Source: Podarcis liolepis
Lineage: Eukaryota
Assembly (NCBI GenBank): GCA_965112155.1
Contig: OZ218104.1
DNA length: 64,000 bases
Strand: one strand, 5' to 3'
A program made the translations under genes and the position numbers. Shown piece by piece: positions 46,964 through 58,900 of the stretch (positions are counted from its first letter, which is position 1; each line of letters starts with the position of its first letter). The notes under the pieces were generated by a model. The model was not told the origin of the DNA. It saw only the letters and a list, made by a program, of their open reading frames with translations, and searched no databases.

Positions 46964-49900
46964 AAAAGCTGCTCAGTTTATTAAACAGAAACTTCCTGAT
47001 CTTCTGCGTTCATACATTGACGCAGACGTCAGTGGAAATCAAGAAGGTGGCTTCCAAGATATTGCAATAGAGGTCTTGCACCTCCTCCTATCCCATCTTC
47101 TTTTTGGACAGAAGGGAGCCTTTGGGGTTGGACAGGAACAGATTGACGCTTTTCTCAAAACATTACGTAGAGGCAAGTATTGTATTTGATACATCTATTT
47201 GAAACCCATTTCTAAAAGGAATAGATTTTTGTGGGGGGTAAACATTTGGTGGTAATCCAGAAAAGAAACGAGGATCCTGAAACAATTATCTTAATGCAGA
47301 TCCTTATAGGATTGTCTGCACATTATGTCTTTCAGATACTGTAACTGGTAGAAGTTTGGCTATCACAACTTTAGATGGGTATTATTGTTGGCACTCCATT
47401 TAGAAATGGGATGGGGCTTGGATATAAATTGATGCTTTCCACTCCTCTGAAATTTTGGCCTGGGCTTCTCTGGCCCTACTATCTTAGCCTTCCCCTTCCC
47501 TTTCCTGTTTAAACTTGTGGCAGTTTCAAGGTGCTTTAGAATGTTGCCGTGACAATCCAGAGGATGTAATGGAGGCAGTACTGTGAGGCCCAGTTTGCAC
47601 AACATAGTAAACCATAGTTTACTGTGCACACACCTTAATGGGCAGTAATTGACTTGTTGAGAGCAAAGTGAACCATAATTGCTGGTTTGGTCATAATATT
47701 AAGCCCTGGGATAATTGTTTGCTTCCTCCCAGAGTGTGTGGGAAGGAGCAGAGGGGCCAAGCGAGACATGTTCATTGGTAAAGCATTAAGTATGGCTCAC
47801 CATGGTATGCAACTAAGGTCATATTATCTAAATAGCTGTACTGTCACAGTAGGACAGTAAATAGGTCAAAAGTTGGGGTATAAAATAAATTGCTTTCTGT
47901 GTCTCTGAATTCCAAGACAGTGATCTTAAACACCTTTTTATTCAAAACTTCTTTGGTCATAACATGATTTTCACAATATGAAACAATTGATTATTGGGGT
48001 TCTGTGTTGGTCATTGGTCCTTCTGAAATGCTAAAATACTCTGGGATCTCAGATTTCCCCCAGGAACGTTGCCCTGTGGTGCTTGCACCACTCCTATACC
48101 CTGAAAAACGGGACATTCTAATGGACAGGATCCTGCCTGATTCTGGAGGGATAGCAAAAACAATGATGGAGAGCTCTCTTGCAGACTTCATGCAGGAAGT
48201 TGGCTATGGCTTTTGTACAAGGTACGTAGATAAATTCACTGAAATTTGGAGTTCATGTCCTGACAAGTCATACTTTGAATAGCCCCATTGAAATGAAAGG
48301 ACAAGTTATGTCAGTTGAGAAGGCTGTTGGAGGTTGCAGGACAGCTATACAGCTGCAAGTAAAACTTTTAGTGTGTTTTAAGTGCAATATACAATGCCAC
48401 ACTAGGCGGCGATGGTGAGCCTTATGGAAAATTCAATGTATTTTTAAAAATGCTTTTTTAAAAAGTATTTTCAGAATGGTTTTTATATGCACATAGATTC
48501 CACCCTAGTCTAGCTTAATGTACTGACTTGAGTATCAGTAATACTCCTTAAAATAGACATACTTGATAGAAAACAATTATATACCAAGTTTTGTGGAGGT
48601 CATTGTGACTTGCCTTTTTAGTGTGGAGGAATGTCGCAACATCATCACGCAGTTTGGTGTGGGAGAGGTCACTGCTGCCCAGGTTGCCAGGGTTTTGGGA
48701 ATGATGGCTCGAACACACTCAGGATTGGCAGACGGCATTCCTTTGCAGGTGAGCGTCCTCTGTGTTGAGAGGTGTTGTAACTGAATATAACTTAAACAGA
48801 ACTACTGAATGGTGTTTACACAGAAGATTTTGGAGCCGCTTAATTCCTATGATACTGAGCAACAAGCATGACTGAAAGGTTAAAAGACTTCATCACTTCA
48901 GCATTTTATGCCAAATGCTGTTTAACAGCTCTGTGTAACCTGTTGATGGGGGGGGGGAATTATAAGGGCACTTGGAAGTGCTGTGTCATAATATCCAACT
49001 CTGTTTCTCTGTACCATCTTAATTCAGTGTGGCTGTGCAAGTGAACTGGTGCCTGGGTGCAGTGATGGGCTAGAGGGTGACCAAAAAACTGAGCTTGAAA
49101 GATGGAGGTTATCTGGGTGGGCAGGAAATAGGTTAGTAGGGTGGGGCTGCACTAAATCCATTGTTACTCAAGGCTCAAGTGGCTTCAGTGGATAGGAGTG
49201 CCTTCTGCCAGCTTCTTTTGATATGACAGCTGTGGTCGTTCCTGGATCATGATAGATTGGCTATGATAGTTCATACACCACCCAATTGGATTGCTGCAGT
49301 GTGCCCTGCTTGTGGCTTTTCTTAAGGCATGTCTGGAAGTTGCAGCTGGTGCAGAATGCTGTAACAAGGTTGCAGGAGGGAGAATAATTTTGACAACACC
49401 GTTGCTGAAAGGACTGCACTGGCTTCTGGTATACTACTGAGCCAAGTTTAAGGGATTGTGGAAAAATTTGGGTCAGATTATCTAAGTCTCCCTTAACATG
49501 TGCCCCTGCCTGGTTGCTCCGTTCCTTGGGAGAGATAATCATAATAGTACTCCATGGTCCTGCTTTTTGTCCAATGTTCACAAAAAAGGGATTTTGTTTT
49601 TAATTCTGTTTCATACTGTTTGCTCATAAAGCCTTTCCCTCTATTTTATTGTTAAGGGACAAGCTGACAGTGCATTATAGAATACAGTTTAAGTATTGCT
49701 GATCTGCAGTAATAAATGTGTTGCAATCGTTAAAATTCAAACTCCACTCTGTCACTTGATCTACTAAATCCATCTACACAACTGACGTCACAGGAATTCT
49801 AAACCTACATGCTTAATTTACAGTCCATCTCTGCTCCTGGAAGTGGAATTTGGAGTGATGGAAGAGATAAAAATGATGGAACACAGTCCCATACCTGGAA

Positions 49901-52900
49901 TGTGGAGGTTCTGATTGATGTGCTTAAAGAACTGGTATGTTGATCACAATCTGCCCTTTTGAGGAAAAACTGAATGCCAGAAACTTAAGGGCTGTTTCAT
50001 GTGTGATAGATTTCCTGTAAGGATGTCACTTCTGTGAAAGAAACTGCATATGTTTGGTTATGTTTGAGCATGTGTATATTTTGAGCATGTGTATATTTTG
50101 TGTGTATAGCTGGAAATGCTGACTGGTGGTTCTGCTGCATTTGGTTGTAAAACATGTAGGTTAAACTTCGAAAAACTGATCAACTGTATTAACAGGCAAG
50201 CTCTGTATACTCTATGCATGGCTATTGGAGAAGACAAGCAAACATGATTTTAACCAGAGATGATTATAACCAGAAAGAGGTTCATTTGGTACTAGATTGT
50301 CATCACTGTAACTAGGTCCCTGATGAACTGGCAAGTCACTATTTTCTCAAAGGTCAACTGAGGATGACATAGCATGTGTATTCTGAGCAGCTATTCCTAT
50401 GCATGGTTAGCATTAGTGCAGTGTCCCCTTGTTTGGCTCCATGCTTACATTGCAAATGATGTAAGATTTATTCTGCTTTGATCAGGACTTTGCAAGTGGT
50501 GCTGATTAGAGATATGGTATCATTAAAGCACACCTTTATTTGTTCTTTACTGGTGACAAATCCTTAGCAAGTATTTAGCAGTGTTTTAGTTCATTTAAGG
50601 GACACTTATCCTCTGTTGTATTTCGTGTTTTTAAAATATATTTTCTATGTAGTTCCCTGTTTTTAAAATGCTGTAAACTGCTCTGAGTGGTGGTGCATAG
50701 GGACTAGAAAAATTGATAGACATTTCTGGGGGGGGGGGGAATATAAACACCTCATTCTGCAAAATCGCACAAGGACTCTTGAATGCTTGTGGGACTAATT
50801 TTTACATGATTACTATTTTTTTTAATGACTGACTTAAATATATATAATGACTATTCATCATTTTGACAACTCACATGAACCATATTAAAGGAAAAATTAA
50901 CTGCAGAGTTATGTTCACAGACTTACTATGGGGAATGTGTTAGAGTTCATGTTTTGCATGTTGGAAGTCTGAGATTCAATCATTGGCAACTTTGCTTTAA
51001 AAATGGGTAAAGGGAATCGGGAAAACCCCATTTCCCCTCTGTGGTTGAGCTGTTGTCAAAAGTAGCAGTTAATATATGAGCTAGAGCTAGATGAGCTAAT
51101 GGCCTGCTTCATATCTTACGAATTGTTTCTAAGTTGTATAAGGAGAAATGTGAAAGCATGCTCTTTATTTTTGCCTCCATAAGTTGCACCTCTATTTGTT
51201 TTACTCTTTGCAGAACCCAAATTTGAACTTCAAGGAAGTAACCTATGAACTTGACCACCCTGGATTTCAAATTCGTGATAGCAAAGGCTTACAGATTGTG
51301 GTGTATGGTGTCCAGAGAGGGCTAGGGCTAGACGTCTTCCCAGTTGATCTCATATACAGACCTTGGAAACATGCAGAAGGACAGGTAAAAATCAAGGAGA
51401 AGATTTTTTTCATGCTTCCTCTCTCACTCACTGGTTTAACATTGGTTAAAAAGGTAGAGGGACCCCTGACCATTAGGTCCAGTCGCGGACGACTCTGGGG
51501 TTGCGGTGCTCATCTCGCTTTACTGGCCAAGGGACCCGGCGTACAGCTTCCGGGTCATGTAGCCAGCATGACTAAGCCGCTTCTGGCGTACCAGAGCAGT
51601 GCACAGAAACACCGTTTACCTTCCCGCCAGAGTGTTATTTATTTACTTGTACTTCGTGCTTTCGAACTGCTAGGTTGGCAGGAGCCAGGGACCGAGCAAC
51701 AGGAGCTCATAATTACCATAGAACTTTTTTTAAGTGTTCTTTCAGTTTTTTGTTGAATTTTGGCTTTGGGGCTCACTAAGACAACAGTTGCTATCAAGAT
51801 GTGATGCATCCTTTAATACACTGCAATTACTGTAACAGGTAGCGATCAGACTATAGAAGACTGAATGTTAGAACTTTCAGAAAGTTATTTGGAAAAGCAA
51901 TCATAATAGCATAAGTGTGAGAGGGAGGGGTGGTGATTGCTTAGGAGGAAGTGCATCAAGACAGTGTAACATGAATGTAGATATGAAATGACTCTTACAG
52001 TGATGTAATTTTGTTGCAGCTCTCATTCATCCAGCATTCCCTCATTAATCCAGAGATCTTCTGTTTTGCTGACTACCCCTGCCATACTGTTGCCACGGAT
52101 ATTTTGAAAGCCCCTCCCGAGGATGACAATCGAGAAATTGCCACATGGTAAACAGTATTATTTTTCTTGGGAATACAGCTGCTTCAGCATTCTGAAATGA
52201 TGAGCCAGAGTAGTCATGGTTGATATCCCTTTCTTGCTTTTCTGACAGCCTTTTGGAAAAAGGTTTTGAGTTACCAAGTGCTTCTCACTTGAGAGGATAT
52301 GTGTGAAGGAGGGATGGCCCAGGGATTAGTTTAGCAGAGGGGTCTCCCCCAGACACTGGCTGCATTTGCTAGTCTGTAAATAGTTGCATAGGTAATGAGA
52401 GCAACGTTAAATTAGCCATGTGTATTAGGCTGCTGTGAACTAAACACTGATTATATTTTTGCTCTGGTCTGGTTTGTGAAGGTTGGATCTTGATTTCTAG
52501 GCAGGCCTTTGGACTGTTCTGACCACTCTGCATGCTACTTGATGGAAGTTGACTTTGATATCTATTTCCCCAAGTTTGGTTATTTCAAATATTGTCGAGC
52601 GTAACAGAATTTAGAATTACCTCAATTGAAACCCATGTTAGCTTGGTGTAACAGACATCAAGCCAGAATCCTGTCAACTGATTCACAATATTGCATTTCC
52701 CCCCCTTATTTGTTAGGAAGAGCCTGGACTTGATTGAGTCCCTGTTGCGGTTGGCAGAGGTTGGCCAGTATGAGCAAGTTAAGCAGCTCTTCAGCTTCCC
52801 TATCAAGCACTGTCCAGATATGTTGGTATTGGCATTACTACAGATCAACACTTCCTGGCATACTTTGCGGCATGAACTCATCTCCACACTTATGCCCATT

Positions 52901-55900
52901 TTTCTTGGCAACCATCCCAACTCTGCCATCATCCTGCATTATGCATGGCATGGGCAGGTAAGGGCATTACAATGGTTTTGTTTTGACAACAGAGTTTAAA
53001 CTTGTCACTGTGTTATGCTCTTGAAAGAAGGGTGGGATAGAAATTTAATTGTTCTTTGCTTCATGAGAGTTGTCTTGGGTGTGAGGTGAATTTTGCTATG
53101 TACTTGTACTATCTTTCAACTGTGAAGTTATCCAGACAGCTTGACCTCAGTATGAATATACTTATGACTTCCATATGTCCCTCATTTTAATCTGACCCAG
53201 GAACAGTCAGTCCTATATTAGTGTTTGGGTGGCCTGTAGCACAGCTGGATTGAAATAAACACACTGAGGTAGAGACTGGCAGTAACAACCTCCTGTCCCT
53301 GTCCCTCCCCTTTCCCTAGTTAAAAGTTGTTTCATGCAGCAGTTGCATGTGCATTCTGTCTCTTGGAGAGACAGCACATATGTGCTATTGCCCCCCCACC
53401 AAGTTAAATTGTTACAGACCCTGCATTTATATATAATATGACCTCCTGCAGTTTTGTAACCTCAGGAAATCATATACCTTGCCTAGCTGACCATGGAAAT
53501 AAATTGCTATGCTATTGTGCATCAGCCACTTAATTGTTGTTCTTCTGTAGCTTGCCTCTGTAAATGCCTTTATGGAGAGATGGAGCATAAATGTGTTAAA
53601 AGTGGAGCCAATCTTTGACATCTCTGTTGTTATTACTGAAAGTTAAGGCAGTAAAGAGGAAAATGGGTTGGTGGTTTGATTTGTTATTGCAATCAGGCTC
53701 CATCACATTTGCTGGTGGAGCAAAACACAGGGCCAAGCTGGCTGTATGGTAGGGGCAGGTTGTGGAGGCCAAAGGGTTGGAGGAGCAAGGTACCTAGAAC
53801 TGAAGGTGGTGGGAGAAATAAGCTGAAACCCTCTCTTCCACCTGCTACTTTCGTTTTCATTGAATTGGAACCTGTGATTTCAGTGTTACAGAGCAGCAAG
53901 GGACTTGCCATGTGCCAGTGTAATTGCTCTTTAAGAGCTAGATAATTTATGTAGTAATCTGAAATTGAGCTGATGTTTCCTTAGGGCCAGTCTCCTTCAA
54001 TTCGCCAGCTCATCATGCATGCTATGGCAGAATGGTACATGCGAGGGGAACAGTATGACCAAGCAAAATTATCACGTATTCTAGACGTGGCCCAAGACTT
54101 GAAGGTGAGTTTGATTCTATTTTAATTATGTGGAAAGTGCTTTGACTTTAGTGTTGGGGTTGTGTGAGATGCAGGGTTTGGGAGTGGAGGAAAATAAGTA
54201 TCACATCAGAGGACATGTTTATTCTAAGGACAGGAAGAGGTTATGTGTAGGAAGAGAAACTCATCTCTTTGCTTAATATGAAGCTGTGTTGCTAAATTTG
54301 TGACTTGCTAAAGTAATTTTTTCCATCTGCAGAGTTACTAAGATCCTGAGCTGTAGTTTTCTTTTTTGTTTTTATGATCTTGCATTAGAGCAACTCCAGA
54401 GACTCTTAAAAACTTGCAAAGTGTCACCGCCGTTGTATGTTTGCCTTTCCTCTTCATCAAGAAAGTGTGCAAGATTTTGGTGGCATTGAATATTATAACT
54501 CTATAGCTTTTACTAGACACTACTGGGTCAGCATTCATGTTATAACTCCCAAAGGAGCCCAGGGTGGCAATTTGGTTAAGTTTGGTTCAGCACTACTGAA
54601 GGCCCATCATTATTTGCTTATTTCAGGGAAGGTGTGTTGTCACCAGAAGGTATCAGTGTATTGCCTCAAGCTCCATGGCTATGCAACCTCTTTTTCTTTG
54701 GAGTTTGTACAAGAGCCCTTGCAACTGAAATGAATAGAAGTCCTGTATAGTGTATATTCCTCTAAAATTTAATGGGCAAGATAATGTTGGGTTTCCAGCA
54801 GTGATAGGAGCTCAAACCACCCATAAAAACTGCTCTCCCAAGCAACCAGGTGGTGAGGTAGGGGTTGGTTCTCCGGTATTCCTCCAGTCTTGCACAGGCA
54901 ATTTCAAGGTCTGTTCCACCCAAGCATAGAAAGAGCCGTAACTGCTGAAGGAGGGAAGAGTGAGCAGTCCCACTTGTGGATAATGCGCACAGCCCACCCA
55001 GCTTTAATGGAAATGAGGGTGGTGAGGATTACTGTCAACAGGGTGCCTGCCACCTATAGATCAGAAAATAGGGAGAGAAGAATTACTTATGTCACTTTGC
55101 TGTGAAGCCTTCCACCCTAAGTGGCTTTGCCTTGCCTGTAGTCTTCCACATCTCCCCCCCTCCCCCACTTCAAATTCTTAGGTTGAAAGGAAAAGCAATG
55201 TGTCCAGTGTATTCTTCTCCCAGGAGGAGGAATTCCCACCCTGGAAGCTGCTTTGCTGGCTGCCGTCTCTGTCATGTTCTGTGTGACAGAAAAAAATGTT
55301 GGGAACTGAATCATATATAGATATGGTGGGGGAGGGTGTATGTGTGTAGGCTAATTCTGAGGGAAGCGTAGCCTGATACTTTGACTAGCAGTTTTCTAAC
55401 TCTCTTTCTTTAGGCGTTGTCAATGCTGCTAAATGGTACTCCATTTGCCTTTGTTATTGACCTTGCTGCACTTGCCTCTCGACGGGAATACCTCAAACTA
55501 GACAAATGGCTCACAGATAAAATTCGGGAGCATGGGGTAAAGCAGGATTTTCTTAATTATTTTTGCATTTTTTTGGTGGTAACAGTCACTTTTTAAAAAA
55601 ATGTTTCCCTGCAGTTTATAAAAATTGCTTTCAGCATGCACTCTTGAGTGATAATGTTGAGCTAATACCCAGTATTTTCTATATCATAATTTTGTTAACA
55701 TTGTTGAACTATTGTTAAGTATGTGTATCCCACTGAAATTTGCACTTTTCCTTCCCTAGGAGCCTTTCATCCAAGCCTGTATGACTTTCCTAAAGAGAAG
55801 GTGCCCCTCTATCTTAGGTGGCCTTGCCCCAGAGAAAGACCAGCCCAAAAGTGCTCAGCTTCCTCCAGAGACACTGGCAACTATGCTGGCTTGCCTGCAG

Positions 55901-58900
55901 GCTTGTGCTGGGTAAGCAGATCACATCTTTTGGGATAGGCTGACAGTCTCATAAATGGTGGTTAAGAAGGTGAATTTACAAACTGGGAACTTGGCTATGA
56001 GCTCACTAGGTGGCCTTTGTGAGCTGCCATTTCTCAGCCACCTTCTCATCCTCGAGATCCTCTGTAGCACTGGCCTATCTGGCAAGGTTGGTGTAAAGTT
56101 TGTAATGTGTCTGTTTGGGAAGTGCTTTGAGCATTTTGGAAAAGTACTAAATAAATCCTAGTTTACTAGTTGCCTTGGGGCCATTATTAGGAAGTATGAA
56201 ATCAGGGCTTTGGCAAATGCAGCCTTTGGACAGAGGGTTTTGCCTTTGCCAAGGTGCAGTGCTGTGTAATGAGTAGGATTTTGTATGTTTAGGTTGTACT
56301 TAAAAGCATATGTAGAAGAGTTGGAGATAACCCCGCAGGGCTATTTTTCACTTGTCTCTGGAGTTTGTAATACCTTGTTAGTTGGTTGGCAAGTTTGCCC
56401 TTCAGTTAAACAAGGGGTCAATATATATATTGGCTGATCAGTTGAAACAAGCCAGGTGATAGTTTTTCTGGTCTTGGGAGGTTGGGGAGCTCTTTCCTCT
56501 GGTCTAGTTGGGACATTGTGTTCCAGGCAGTGCTAGTGCTATCCTAGTTCTAAAGATAGCTCTCTTAGCACCTAGATAAAAGGGGGGTTTTATTGGCAAG
56601 TAAAAATAATTTCTTCTCTCATTAGAAGTGTGTCTCAAGAACTGTCAGAAACTATTCTAACTATGGTAGCCAACTGCAGCAATGTCATGAACAAAGCCAG
56701 GCAGCCACCACCTGGAGTTATGCCCAAAGGACGTCCACCAAGTGCTAGTAGCCTAGATGCCATCTCTCCTGTACAGGTATGTGGATGCTGAAAGAAACCA
56801 AAGTAGCATAATAATGGGAGGAGGTCCCTTTTTATATGTCTCTAAACTTATTTTTTTATTCATAATCAAATGTAATTCAAACATATTAATTGAAACCGTG
56901 CAGTTTAAGCACCATCTTTGAACCTGACATGTCTTTTTCATGGCTTCTTGGGTCAAGCAATGGTGCTAGATTGTAAGGACTTGTTATAACTGGGGCTTCT
57001 CAGTTCTCAGCTGAGCTGCTCTTTTAAAAACAAGGCACATATTAGTTGTTCACCACCACACACTGTCACTGCTTCTTCCAGGTTTAATAGGGAGGAAGAC
57101 CTGGTTCTAGTAACTATATTCAGTGGTAGATATAATAGCCTTTCATGATTTACTTTCTGAAGATTTAATTTGGCACCATTCTGCAGACTAAAGATTAATT
57201 GAGCAGCTTTTCATTAATAAAAAGAAATTGTGTGATACTAACAAGCAAACAGTGACAGTAGCATTGTAAGGATTCTAAGCTTTCTTTTATAAGTTTCTCA
57301 GAGCTTTTTGTAAAAGTTAGCTGTTAAAGCTAAGTGGTTGCTTGGGCTCCAGACAAACTATTACTGTGCAGCCCAATCCCCAAAACCACAAGATGATGTT
57401 TAGTTTTAAAAGGTTATACAGAAATACCTTGCATTGCATGCGTTTTGAAGGTGGAGGATGCCTGACGGGTCTGTAAGAGTAGACCCAAAGTGTAAGGAAT
57501 TGATGTGTGGTCTTAACTGATTTTGGCAAGGCTGATCTGAATGAAGTTTGATTGATATAGAAAATAACCCGTTGTCTCTTTTTGAATATTGATTTTATCC
57601 TCAGATTGATCCACTTGCTGCTGGGATGGCATCTCTCAGCCTAGGTGGTTCAGCAGTTCCACACACACAGAGTATGCCAGGTTTTCCTCCAAACTTGAGT
57701 TCTGCTTTTAGTACTCCACAGTCACCAGCAAAAGCATTTCCACCACTTTCCACACAAAACCAGAATACACCTTTCAGTGGGATTGGCGGACTCTCTTCAC
57801 AGCTTCCAGGTACTTTTGTGTAAAGGGGCTGGTACTCATGGGAGGAATGTGGCTGCTTTTCCTATAATTCTGGCTGGGGCAAGCACTTCAAATTGTATCC
57901 AACTTAGTATACTCAGTGTAAACCCATTGAAACCAGTGGACATGATATTAGTTCTGTGAATTAATTTCAGTGGGCTGAATGAAAGTACCATGTTGACACT
58001 ATTCAGGGTGGGAACAGCAAACAAATTATAATGTCTGCCAGCATTTGTAAACATAACTGAAATGATAATTTTATTTTTCTCAGTAGGTGGTCTTACAACA
58101 GGTAGTCTGGGCATAGGAACTGGGGCCCTTGGCCTCCCTGCAGTGAATAATGACCCATTTGTGCCAAGAAAACTGAGTACATCAGGATTGAACCAGCCTA
58201 CATTCCAGCAGAGTAAGATGAAACCTTGTAAGTGGTAATGTTGTCTGATTGTGAAGTGTGACTGTGGATGTGCGGTAAATGTGAGTTTTCCCTCTAGGGT
58301 GGGGGCTGGCAGCGGTCTCTAAGGAGCCTTCTTTGCCCTCCCCAATATCTAGCCTTTCTCCCAGGAATCTTGGAGCATCTTATGTTGCGCTTCCAGGCAG
58401 TCTCCCATTCTTGTGGTGACTAAATTAAAACCTGCTTGGCTTTACCATGCTAATCGTGCTCCCAGCTACTGATGCCAAAAGCTTAACCTTGTACAGTTGT
58501 AGGTTCCAAGTAATTTCAGGTTTAAACCAACACAGATCAAGTGGTTTAACAGGCTTCATGAACGAACAGCTTTCATGTGAGTACTTCATAGAATTATTCA
58601 CAATTGTCCTCAAGACCAATCTTGTGATATTAGACTAGGAAAATGTCCCTCAGTTTGATGGGAAAGTGGCATTGTGTACATAGTCTCTGCCACTTTTTAG
58701 TGACATTGCAATCTTGCCCAGAAATTGATTTTGGCCAGCTCATTGAGTCTATGCTACTTCTATTTGTCTGTTAACCCTCGTTCACTCAAAGTGTACCTTT
58801 CGTGTCCTTTGGTGATTTTTTTCATCTTATGGGTGTTTGGGCTGTGGGGGTTGGGAAACTACTTTGAATCATGAAGATGACACATGGAATAGGCAGCATC

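Noticed and set aside
51385-51756. Open frame extending CNOT1 exon 11 to 190 aa
   Set aside because: Read-through into an antisense Sauria SINE; a good donor exists at 51384/51385.
54421-54560. H/ACA-like hairpin GTGTCACC...GGTGGCAT followed by ATATTA in CNOT1 intron 14
   Set aside because: No convincing second hairpin or terminal ACA; imperfect palindromes are common here.
57971-58007. Apparent stop-containing cassette exon in CNOT1 intron 18 (TTTCAG|TGGGCTGA...AGG|GTGGGA)
   Set aside because: It overlaps the arm of a decayed palindromic repeat (CCCATTGAAA...TTTCAGTGGG) and the donor is weak.
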